32,918 nucleotides of DNA, taken from positions 2,918 through 35,835 of the forward strand of contig CAZLOO010000001.1 of assembly GCA_964561055.1 (NCBI GenBank), written 5' to 3'. Below, piece by piece: positions 19,565 through 27,080 of this stretch. The stretch comes from an uncultured Halobacteriales archaeon. Its GTDB lineage: Archaea; Halobacteriota; Halobacteria; Halobacteriales; Haloarculaceae. The translations under genes and the position numbers were made by a program. Under the pieces are notes generated by a model, which had not been told where the DNA came from, did not search any database, and saw only the letters and a list, made by a program, of their open reading frames with translations. Each line of letters opens with the position of its first letter. The stretch's first letter is position 1.

Positions 19565-20491
19565 ATGACACGAGCAGTCGTCACAGGCGGAATGGGCGGT
19601 GCAGCGAGCTGGATCGTCTCCTCGCTGGCCGACCGTGGGTGGGACGTTCGGAGCATCGACCTCTCGCGGCCCGATCCCGAGGCCGGCCCCGAGAACGTCG
19701 ACTTCAGAATCGCGGACCTCACCGACCAGGGCCAGACCTGGGAGCTGGTGAGCAGTTTCGACCCGGACTACGTGGTTCATTTCGCCGCCTACCCCAACCC
19801 GCTAGGCCACGGCGGCGCGCACGTCTACGAGAACAACACTATCAGCACGTACAACGTGCTCACGGCGGCCGGCAGCGTCGGGGCGGACGTGGTCTGGGCG
19901 TCCAGCGAGACCGTCTACGGGACCGTCTTCGCAGAGCCGTCGTTCCTGCCGGACTACTTCCCAATCAATGTCGACCACCCGCTCCGGCCCGAGGACCCCT
20001 ACGGTACCTCGAAGGTGTCCGGCGAGGAGATCGCGAAAATGACCGCCCGCCGGTACGACGTCTCCGTCGCGTCGATCCGGCCGTCCTGGATCAACTACCC
20101 CGGCAACTACGACGCGACCACGATCCGCGAGCACTTCGATCTCGAGACGGCGGAGCTGGGCGATTCCTTCGGAATCAGCGGCCACAACGCCGCCGGAAAC
20201 TTCTTTTCGTACGTCGATATCCGCGACGTCGTCTCGCTGGTCGAGACCTCGATGGAGGCGGAGTTCGACGGCCACGAGCCGTTCATGGCCGTTGCCGAGG
20301 AGAACCTGCTCGGGGTCGACACGCTGGATGCCGTCGAGGCGGTCTACGGCGACCTCCCCGAGGAGGTGAACATCAGCGGCGAGCAGTCCGCTATCGACTA
20401 CCGCAACGCCCGCGAGGTGCTCGACTGGGCGCCGGCCCACTCCTGGCGGGAGGCCGAAACGGAATCCGTCGAGGGGCCGACCTTCCTGTAA
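19565..20491 (+). CDS. NAD-dependent epimerase/dehydratase family protein (extended SDR), possibly a sugar 1-dehydrogenase
   Basis: VVTGGMGGAASWIV is the Rossmann motif and SSETVYG...YGTSKVSGE gives the Ser/YxxxK triad. Haloarchaeal L-arabinose dehydrogenase belongs to this family, but identity cannot be established by eye. Confidence 0.8.
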   Translation: MTRAVVTGGMGGAASWIVSSLADRGWDVRSIDLSRPDPEAGPENVDFRIADLTDQGQTWELVSSFDPDYVVHFAAYPNPLGHGGAHVYENNTISTYNVLTAAGSVGADVVWASSETVYGTVFAEPSFLPDYFPINVDHPLRPEDPYGTSKVSGEEIAKMTARRYDVSVASIRPSWINYPGNYDATTIREHFDLETAELGDSFGISGHNAAGNFFSYVDIRDVVSLVETSMEAEFDGHEPFMAVAEENLLGVDTLDAVEAVYGDLPEEVNISGEQSAIDYRNAREVLDWAPAHSWREAETESVEGPTFL

Positions 20492-20683
20492 GCTACCCCG
20501 CTCTGCTCGCTCACGGAGGGGCTGCGCTGCCACCGTCGCCGGGTAGTGGTCGTCTGGCACAGTATCTATACCACGGCGCCCCGGAGTTGGACTACCCAGG
20601 TGAGACCGAATGCGAGCCTACCGAGCGTCCAACCGGCCGGACCGGCGTAGCGTGTGGCGACTCCCGCGGCGAGCACCGGGAGC

Positions 20684-21766
20684 ATGTCGCTGACCGACTG
20701 GCTCCGGGGGTACGACGCCCGGGACTGGCAGACCGCGACTGCCGACGACGGCACCGTTCGGTACGCGCTGGTAGGGCTGGGCTGGTGGGCCGTCGACGTC
20801 GCGCTGCCCGCCATCGCCGACGCGGAGCTGTGCGAGACGACCGTCCTGGTCAGCAGCTCCGCCGAGAAGGCCAACCGGGTCGCCGACCGCAACGGCGTCG
20901 ACCACGCGCTCACCTACGAGCAGTTCCACGACGGCGCCGCGGCCGACGCCTACGACGCGGTGTACGTGGCGACGCCGAACGCCTACCACCTCGAGTACGC
21001 CGAGACGGCCGCGGAGCTCGGCAAGGCGGTGCTCTGCGAGAAGCCCCTCGAGGCCAGCGTCGAGCGGGGCCGCCGGCTGGTCGAGGCCTGCGAGCGCGAG
21101 GGCGTGCCGCTGATGACCGCCTACCGAATGCAGACCGACCCCGCCGTCAGGCGCGCCCGCGAACTGGTCCGCGATGGGCTGCTCGGCGAGCCAGTGCAGG
21201 CGTACGGCGCCAACAGCCAGCCGCTGCTGGAGATGATTCCCGACGAGGACCAGTGGCGGCTTACCCCGGAACTCACTGGCTACGGCACCTCCGTGATGGA
21301 CCTGGGCATCTATTCCATCAACACCGCCCGGTTCCTGCTGGACCGCGAGCCGGTCGCCGTCCAGGCGTCGATGGCCAGCCCGCACCCCGCGTTCGACGGA
21401 CTCGACGACGAGCGCTCCGCGTTCCTGCTGGAGCTGGAGGGCGGCGTCGGCATGGTGTCGACAGCCTCCCAGAACGCCCACCAGGGGACCCAGCTAACCC
21501 TCACCGGCACGGACGGGCGGCTGGAGCTGCGGCCGGCGTTCCACGGGACGGTCGGGCTCCGGGTGGAGACCGGCGAGCTCAGCCTGGAGCTGGACCACGC
21601 GAGCAGCGACGAGGTGACGGAGATGCGCGAGGAGTTCGACTACTTCGCCGACCGCCTGCTCACCGGCGCCGAGATCGTCCCGGACGGCCGCCACGGCCTC
21701 CGGGACCTGGAGATAATCGAGGGGGTCCACCGGGCGGCCGAGGCCGGCGAGCGCCTCGAGCTGTGA
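20684..21766 (+). CDS. Gfo/Idh/MocA oxidoreductase, second D-xylose-dehydrogenase-like paralog
   Basis: ARDWQ...VRYALVGLGWWA, YDAVYVATPNAYHLEYAETAA, LCEKPLE, TAYRMQTDPAVRRA and PDEDQWRLTPE are collinear with 5293..6366. ATG 20684 is preferred over tracked GTG 20654. Confidence 0.85.
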   Translation: MSLTDWLRGYDARDWQTATADDGTVRYALVGLGWWAVDVALPAIADAELCETTVLVSSSAEKANRVADRNGVDHALTYEQFHDGAAADAYDAVYVATPNAYHLEYAETAAELGKAVLCEKPLEASVERGRRLVEACEREGVPLMTAYRMQTDPAVRRARELVRDGLLGEPVQAYGANSQPLLEMIPDEDQWRLTPELTGYGTSVMDLGIYSINTARFLLDREPVAVQASMASPHPAFDGLDDERSAFLLELEGGVGMVSTASQNAHQGTQLTLTGTDGRLELRPAFHGTVGLRVETGELSLELDHASSDEVTEMREEFDYFADRLLTGAEIVPDGRHGLRDLEIIEGVHRAAEAGERLEL

Positions 21767-21831
21767 CCGGGGCGGGTCGAGGACGGTCCCGGCTGCGGGG
21801 CCGTGGGCAGGCCGGTCTGGGTGCCACCCAG

Positions 21832-21839
21832 TATTAAGA
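21832..21839 (+). promoter_or_regulatory. TATA box for the lactonase gene
   Basis: TATTAAGA is centred about 27 nt upstream of ATG 21862. Confidence 0.45.
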
Positions 21840-21861
21840 CTCGGACTCCCCCTGTACCGAC

Positions 21862-22761
21862 ATGGCGACCGATCCGGAACTCGTCGTCGACATCGCCTGT
21901 GAGACCGGGGAGGGCCCGATCTGGCATCCCGACGAGGGGCTGCTCTACTGGGTGGACATCCCGCCGGGCCGGCTCTACAGCTTCGATCCGGCGACCGGCC
22001 GCCATGAGCTGGCCTACGATCACCCGGACGGACCGATCGGGGGTGTCACCATCGAGAGCGACGGGGCGTTACTGCTGTTCGGGGACGCGGGGCGAGTGAC
22101 GCGATTCGCCCCGGCCGACGGGACAGCCGACACCGTCGTTGCGCCGGATCCCGAGCGGTTCAACGAGCGGTTCAACGACGTCATCGCCGACCCCGAGGGA
22201 CGGGTGTTCGCGGGAGTGATGCCCGACCCCGACCGGGAGCTCCCGGGCCAGCTCTACCGGCTCAACACCGACGGCGGCTTCGAACTGGTTCGCGATCGCT
22301 GTGGACTCCCCAACGGGATGGGCTTCACTGGAGACCTCAGCTCAATGTACTTCACTGACAGCCGCCAGCACGACCCGGAGCGTCCCGGTTCGATCTACCG
22401 GTACGCCTACGACCGGGCCTCAGGGGCCATCACTGACCCGGTGCCGTTCGTCGAAGCTGCCGACCTCGAGGGGATGCCCGACGGGCTGACCGTCGACGAG
22501 GAGGATCACGTCTGGTCGGCGTTCTGGAACGGCAGCTCGCTCGTCCGGTTTAGCCCCGAGGGACGCCGGATCAGAACGGTCGAGCTTCCCCCTCGGAAGG
22601 TCTCCTCGCTCACCTTCGGCGGGCCCGCACGGGAGACAGCGTACGTCACAACGGCCTGTCCGGGCGAACGGGCGACCGAGGGCCAGGGCGCCGGCGGGCT
22701 GTTCCGGGTGGACCTCGGCGTGGCCGGCCGGCCGGAGTTCCGGTCGGCTGTCGCGGTCTGA
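21862..22761 (+). CDS. SMP-30/gluconolactonase/LRE-family sugar lactonase
   Basis: CETGEGPIWHPDEGLLYWVDI, NDVIADPEGRVFAG, PNGMGFT and PDGLTVDEEDHVW are six-bladed propeller lactonase motifs. Confidence 0.9.
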   Translation: MATDPELVVDIACETGEGPIWHPDEGLLYWVDIPPGRLYSFDPATGRHELAYDHPDGPIGGVTIESDGALLLFGDAGRVTRFAPADGTADTVVAPDPERFNERFNDVIADPEGRVFAGVMPDPDRELPGQLYRLNTDGGFELVRDRCGLPNGMGFTGDLSSMYFTDSRQHDPERPGSIYRYAYDRASGAITDPVPFVEAADLEGMPDGLTVDEEDHVWSAFWNGSSLVRFSPEGRRIRTVELPPRKVSSLTFGGPARETAYVTTACPGERATEGQGAGGLFRVDLGVAGRPEFRSAVAV

Positions 22762-22779
22762 CCGCTCCCTGGGACGGGC

Positions 22780-23922
22780 TCACCGGACCAGCACGTCGGG
22801 CCGCTCCAGCGTCAGGTCGAAACCGACCGCCGGAACCGGGCTGGTCGGCCAGTCCCCGGTCGCGGTCAACACCTCGTGGCTGTCGTCGACGAGCACCGTG
22901 TCCTCGCTTTTCGCGCCCGCAACCGTCGGGTTCCAGGCGTAGGCCGCCGGGAGGCGCAGCTCGGTCGGTGAGCCGGGGGTGGCGATCCACTCCCGGCCGG
23001 CGTAGCCGGCCAGCCCGCCCTGGTGGTGCTCGCGCCACTCCCCGGAGTGGCCCCGGTCGGCGTAGGCCGACTGGACAGCAGCGAACACGTCGCCGGCGGT
23101 GCCGCCCTGCCGGCCGTGCGCGAGGGTCGCCGCCAGCGCCGTCGTCTCGACGGCCGCCGCGTCACGATGGTGCGTTTCCAACCAGTCGGGCGGGTCGAAC
23201 GCTACCGTCCGGGTGCAGCTGGCATGGAGCCCACCGCGGGCCGCCGTCACGGAGATGAGCGCGTACCCACCCAGCTCGGCGTCCTGGGGCGTGAAGTGAC
23301 GGTACGCCCGGGCACGCCGCTCGCCGCCGACCAGGGCGACCGGTGTCTCAATACCCCGCTCGGTCAACGCCGACCGGAGCGCCGCGGCGACCTGCCGCTC
23401 GGTATCCCCGGGGGCGGCTTCCCGACACACCCGCTCGACGGCGGCGGCCGTCTCCGCGCCCAGCGCGCGATAGCGGTCGACATCGTCAGGGGTGAGCGGT
23501 CGGGTAAGCGCCTCAAGCTCTACCCGGTCGAACCCCGGGACGTCGAAGTCGGCGGCCGCGGGGGCGAGGCTGTGCTCGGCGACCGCCTCCGCCAGCGACA
23601 TGGCGTGCCAGGGGTAGCTCTCGACGCGCCACCCCTCGGGGAGCTCCTCCGCCCGCAGCCGCGGCGCCTCGATGCCGTCGGTGACGACGGTCACTGTCTC
23701 CCCGTCGTACCCCGCCGCGGCGATGCCGACCGGGTCGGCGCGGTCGACGACGTTGTCGCCGCCGCCGGTGAGCCAGGCGAACCCGCTCGGCCTCCCGAAC
23801 CACACCGCCTCGAGGTCGTACTCCGAGCGGTAGGCGTCAAGCCGCTTCAGCCGTCTCTCGACGCCCCCGGTCGCTTCACTACCACCGTCCCGTCCGCCGT
23901 CTGTCCGCCCTGGTGAGGCCAT
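22780..23922 (-). CDS. M24 (pita-bread fold; Xaa-Pro peptidase/creatinase-like) protein, probably lacking the dinuclear metal site
   Basis: It has the creatinase/prolidase-type N-domain plus M24 C-domain layout. In a hand alignment, ISVTAARGGLHASCTRT replaces the D...D...TRT block and WNPT replaces the xEPG block. Confidence 0.7.
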   Translation of the reverse strand: MASPGRTDGGRDGGSEATGGVERRLKRLDAYRSEYDLEAVWFGRPSGFAWLTGGGDNVVDRADPVGIAAAGYDGETVTVVTDGIEAPRLRAEELPEGWRVESYPWHAMSLAEAVAEHSLAPAAADFDVPGFDRVELEALTRPLTPDDVDRYRALGAETAAAVERVCREAAPGDTERQVAAALRSALTERGIETPVALVGGERRARAYRHFTPQDAELGGYALISVTAARGGLHASCTRTVAFDPPDWLETHHRDAAAVETTALAATLAHGRQGGTAGDVFAAVQSAYADRGHSGEWREHHQGGLAGYAGREWIATPGSPTELRLPAAYAWNPTVAGAKSEDTVLVDDSHEVLTATGDWPTSPVPAVGFDLTLERPDVLVR

Positions 23923-24419
23923 CGTGGGTACCGTCCCGGTGGCCGGAGAGCGTCATAACACTGGTGTCCGCGGTCGCCCCCGGTATTGATCCATCCACCC
24001 CGCTCCCCAGAGGCGATCTCTCACCCGTACCAGCCTCGTTGCCAGGGACCCGCGGCTCGGTTCATGTGTGGGTGGCTACCCTCGGAGACGGGAGCGTCGC
24101 CTGCAGCTGCTGCGCCCCCCAACCGTGACCTCCTCTGTAGGGCATAGGTACCGACATGCCGACGGCCTCGGGTGGCTCGACGACTGTCAGCACCCGGGCA
24201 GCTCGCGTCGTACTATCGCCCCGGCCCCCATCCGACAGAGTGAATGGCCTCGGGGTCAAGCCCCGAAGCACTCGGCCTGCTCCGCCTGTGGGACCGCCAA
24301 CGGCCGGCCGGTAGCGATCAGACTCCGGGTGACGGTAACGGCAGTCCGCCACGGCGCCCAACGAGGGAGTCACTTCGGCGCCAGGTGCGGGCCTGCGAGG
24401 AGCACTGCCGTGATCCGCT

Positions 24420-25238
24420 TCAGTCGACGGCTGCGGAGAAGCCCTCGAGGCCGGTCGCTATCAACCGGCGGACGACCGTCACGACGCCGTTGTTGAACCC
24501 GCGGCCGAACACCGCCTTCTCGTGGTCCAGGCTCCCCCCCGTGGCGTCGAACGAGCTCACTAGGATGGCCTGCCGGTCGACCAGCAGCAGCCGACTGATC
24601 TCCGTACCGTCGCCGGCGATCCCCGACTCGGTGAGCCACTCCAGCCCGGAGACAAACACCTCCACGTCGGGCAGCGCCTCGCGAACGGTCCGTTCGAGTT
24701 CCTCGGAGACGGTGCCGATGACGACGCTCACCCCGCGATTCTGGGCCGCCGACAGCTTCTCGACGACCTCGTCAGTGAACACCGCCTCGTGACCGACGAC
24801 GAGGGCGATCTCCTCCTCGGCGTCGTCGATCAGCTGGTAGGTCCGGGTGGCGATGCTGCTCCCGTTCGACAGCGCCCACACCTCGTGGGTGATGTCCGTG
24901 GTCTCCGCGTCGGTCGCCGGCTCCAGCCCGCTGAGCGCCTCCCGAAGCGACTCGATGCGCTGCTCGTACTCCATCCGGAGGGTCTTGACGGCCTCGTCAA
25001 CCGACACTGCCCGGAACTGCTGCGGGTTCGAGTGTTGCACCTCGACCAGCCCCTTGCTCTCTAGTACCCGCACGGCGTCGTACACTCGGGTACGCGGTAC
25101 CTCCGAGCTCTCGCTGATCTCCTTGGCCGTCCCGTAGGGGCGCCGCGACAACGCCACGAACGACCGCGCCTCATACTCTTTGAGGCCGAGCTGTTGGAGC
25201 AGCCCGACCGCCTGTGACTCGTTCGAAATATCCTCCAT
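24420..25238 (-). CDS. trmB: TrmB-family transcriptional regulator (sugar-responsive wHTH plus C-terminal sensing domain)
   Basis: LGLKEYEARSFVALSRRPYGTAKEISESSEVPRTRVYDAVRVLESKGLVEVQHSNPQQFRAVS is a canonical TrmB N-terminus, followed by a TrmB-type C-domain. ATG 25238 is preferred; the tracked start is TTG 25301. Confidence 0.9.
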   Translation of the reverse strand: MEDISNESQAVGLLQQLGLKEYEARSFVALSRRPYGTAKEISESSEVPRTRVYDAVRVLESKGLVEVQHSNPQQFRAVSVDEAVKTLRMEYEQRIESLREALSGLEPATDAETTDITHEVWALSNGSSIATRTYQLIDDAEEEIALVVGHEAVFTDEVVEKLSAAQNRGVSVVIGTVSEELERTVREALPDVEVFVSGLEWLTESGIAGDGTEISRLLLVDRQAILVSSFDATGGSLDHEKAVFGRGFNNGVVTVVRRLIATGLEGFSAAVD

Positions 25239-25342
25239 GGGTCCCAACCTCGACGCCTGCTCGCACAGCCGTCTGTCGTAGGTCTTCGCACGTCGCGACA
25301 AAGGTGTTTCCTCTAAACCTAAAAACGAGCTGAAATATTTCC

Positions 25343-25359
25343 GTAACTCATCGAGTTAC
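25343..25359. promoter_or_regulatory. Perfect palindrome GTAACTC-atc-GAGTTAC, candidate operator in the trmB divergent promoter
   Basis: It has 7-bp arms and a 3-nt spacer. It lies between the AT-rich boxes AAATATTT (25333-25340) and ATATTAAA (25371-25378). Related half-sites AGTTA(A/T) occur at 25414-25419, 25423-25428 and 25438-25443. Confidence 0.4.
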
Positions 25360-25515
25360 ACCGCTCTTCGATATTAAAGGTCAGCGTGCCCTTCAGCCGT
25401 CCTGCTGCCGAAGAGTTAACCCAGTTAATCACACCACAGTTATACGGACGCCGCCCGAGTAATTGGTTGCGCGCACTTGCAGACTGGGTCCCAACCGTTC
25501 TGTCGGTGCGCGCCG

Positions 25516-25539
25516 AAACCACCCGTTCGGGTGGTTTTT
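25516..25539 (+). terminator. Hairpin plus T-run (terminator-like)
   Basis: AAACCACCC-gttc-GGGTGGTTT is a perfect 9-bp stem running into TTTTT (25535-25539). It is directly preceded by a second hairpin closed by GCGCGCAC/GTGCGCGC (25469-25513). Confidence 0.45.
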
Positions 25540-25556
25540 CTCACTCCAAGACCCGC

Positions 25557-26307
25557 ATGTCTCGAGACACCAGCGAGCTCCGCTCGGTGGTCGTTGAACA
25601 GCTCTGAGCCGTCGGGTTCGGGGCGTACGCCGCCCGGACGGTCCTGGCGCTGGTGGGGCTCGGCGGAGCCACCACACAGCAGGTCAGCGAAATCGCTGAC
25701 GTCCCCTGGATCCGCGTGTACGACGCCATCCAGCACCTCCGAGAGGAGCTGATCGACGTCCAGCAGTCCTCGTCCAAACAGTTCTGGCCCCTCTCCACGA
25801 AGACCGCGGCCGCCCGGCTCCAACAGAAGACGCCCACTGGGCGAATGTGCTGATTGACGCTCTGGAGGGGCGAAGTCGAGCGACCGCAGCAGCGAACAGC
25901 GCGGCGTCTGGACGGTCACCGGGCGCCGGACGGTTACCGGCAGGGAGTGGGCTTCGTCCGGACCACCGAGGAGAAGGTCGTCTATGTGACCGTCAACCAA
26001 CTACTGTCCCGGGCGCTCACCGGCGCGCTGCGAGCCGCGAGCGCCGGGGGAAGGGCGTCATCCGAGGGACGAACATGTCCGATCTGATCGAGAGGACCGT
26101 CCGGAAGGAGGTGCCCGGCGCCGACCGTTCGACTTGCTGTGGAACTGGTCGGATACGCCGTCCGGACGGCTGCTGATGGTCGACGGCGAGAAGACGCTCG
26201 TGAGCCTGCGCGTCGGCGACTCCTTCGATCCCCGCGGCGAGACGGCCATCTGGGGCAGCAGCGAGGTCAACAGCCTGGTGGTCGTCCTCCGGACGCTGCC
26301 CACCTAG
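25557..26307 (+). pseudogene. Decayed TrmB-family regulator paralog
   Basis: TrmB-like sequence can be followed only by changing frame repeatedly. It starts MSRDTSELRSVVVEQL-TGA(25605)-AVGFGAYAARTVLALVGLGGATTQQVSEIADVPWIRVYDAIQHL..., then EDAHWANVLIDALEG, then SEQRGVWTVTGRRTVTGRE. It continues GVGFVRTTEEKVVYVTVNQLLSRALTGALRAA, then KGVIRGTNMSDLIERTVRKEVPGAD, then FDLLWNWSDTPSGRLLMVDGEKTLVSL...ETAIWGSSEVNSLVVVLRTLPT-TAG(26305). Confidence 0.8.
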
Positions 26308-26440
26308 CAATTCGGCGACGGTGAGCAGCGTTCGCCCGAATATTCACATAATTTTATATCGCTGACGCTAAAAATTCACGCTCGACGATGAACGTCGTCG
26401 AAGATCGTGCTGCGCCCGATCCCTCAGTCGGTGGGGGATT

Positions 26441-26740
26441 GTGACCGACCACGGCGAGCGGTCGGACTCCGATGACCACTTTGAGTCGGACAGGGCAACC
26501 GACCACCGGTGGGACGGCGCCACGCCAGCGAGCACGGCCGTCGTCAAGGCCGTTGCCACCGCCACCGGCTGCGATCCTATGGAGCTACCGGTGCTGACAG
26601 AGGCCGTCGACACGGACGCCCTCAACACGCTGTTCAGCAGGCGACCGGACGGCCAGCATCCGTCGGTGGGCATGTCGTTCGGCTACGCCGGGGTGGAGGT
26701 GTGTCTCCGGCGGGACGGCCGCGTGGTCGTCGAGTCGTGA
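26441..26740 (+). CDS. HalOD1 (halobacterial output domain 1) protein
   Basis: The 99-aa protein has an acidic N-terminus, then PASTAVVKAVATATGCDPMELPVLTEAVDTDALNTLF...SFGYAGVEVCLRRDGRVVV. This is the pattern I associate with HalOD1. GTG start. Confidence 0.7.
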   Translation: MTDHGERSDSDDHFESDRATDHRWDGATPASTAVVKAVATATGCDPMELPVLTEAVDTDALNTLFSRRPDGQHPSVGMSFGYAGVEVCLRRDGRVVVES

Positions 26741-26749
26741 GGGCGCTGA

Positions 26750-27080
26750 GCGGGCGAGGGCCCCTACTGTAGATCCACCCGGGAGCGTGTCCGCCTCGTC
26801 GCGGAGCAGTTCCAGCAGCGGCCGCATCACACAGAGCGCCGGTCCCCGGATATGGCCGCTCTTGCCGTCCCAATCGACGAAGCCCCACTGCTCCAGTTTC
26901 GGAAAGTGGATGTGGCGATGCCGTACCAGCGCTCAGGCCGTGTCGTCGTCGGTGTCCGTCACGCTCCCGGCATTGGCCGGCGTAAGGACCCTGGGGGTTG
27001 CTCTCCGGGAGTACGAGTAGTAGCCGGTGGCGCTGCGCGTCCGCCAGCGCCTTCGAACACTTCTCAAGCGAGGCTATCAT
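26750..27080 (-). pseudogene. Disrupted winged-helix (DUF7344/ArsR-like) regulator gene
   Basis: ATG 27080 opens MIASLEKCSKALADAQRHRLLLVLPESNP. After a frameshift it reads ...SVTDTDDDTA-TGA(26933-26935)-ALVRHRHIHFPKLEQWGFVDWDGKSGHIRGPALCVMRPLLELLRDE. The HxHLPKL...GxVxWD block is typical of this haloarchaeal HTH family. The 3' limit is uncertain. Confidence 0.5.

Noticed and set aside
19639-21837. 732-aa ORF on the + strand spanning the extended-SDR and Gfo genes
   Set aside because: It is extremely Arg/Pro/Gly-rich with no motifs. It lies out of frame over two genes that have clear family signatures. This is a typical shadow ORF of high-GC DNA.
23923-24419. Possible RNase P RNA or SRP (7S) RNA in the long GC-rich gap
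   Set aside because: The universally conserved GAGGAAAGTCC-type block of RNase P is absent on both strands. I saw only a loose resemblance (GCCAGG...GGAGCA) to SRP helix 8. The region is kept only as an unassigned structured region.
25386-25607. 73-aa + strand ORF in the trmB divergent region
   Set aside because: It runs through two strong hairpins and a T-run. Only its last 16 codons (from ATG 25557) look like protein, namely the N-terminus of the TrmB pseudogene.
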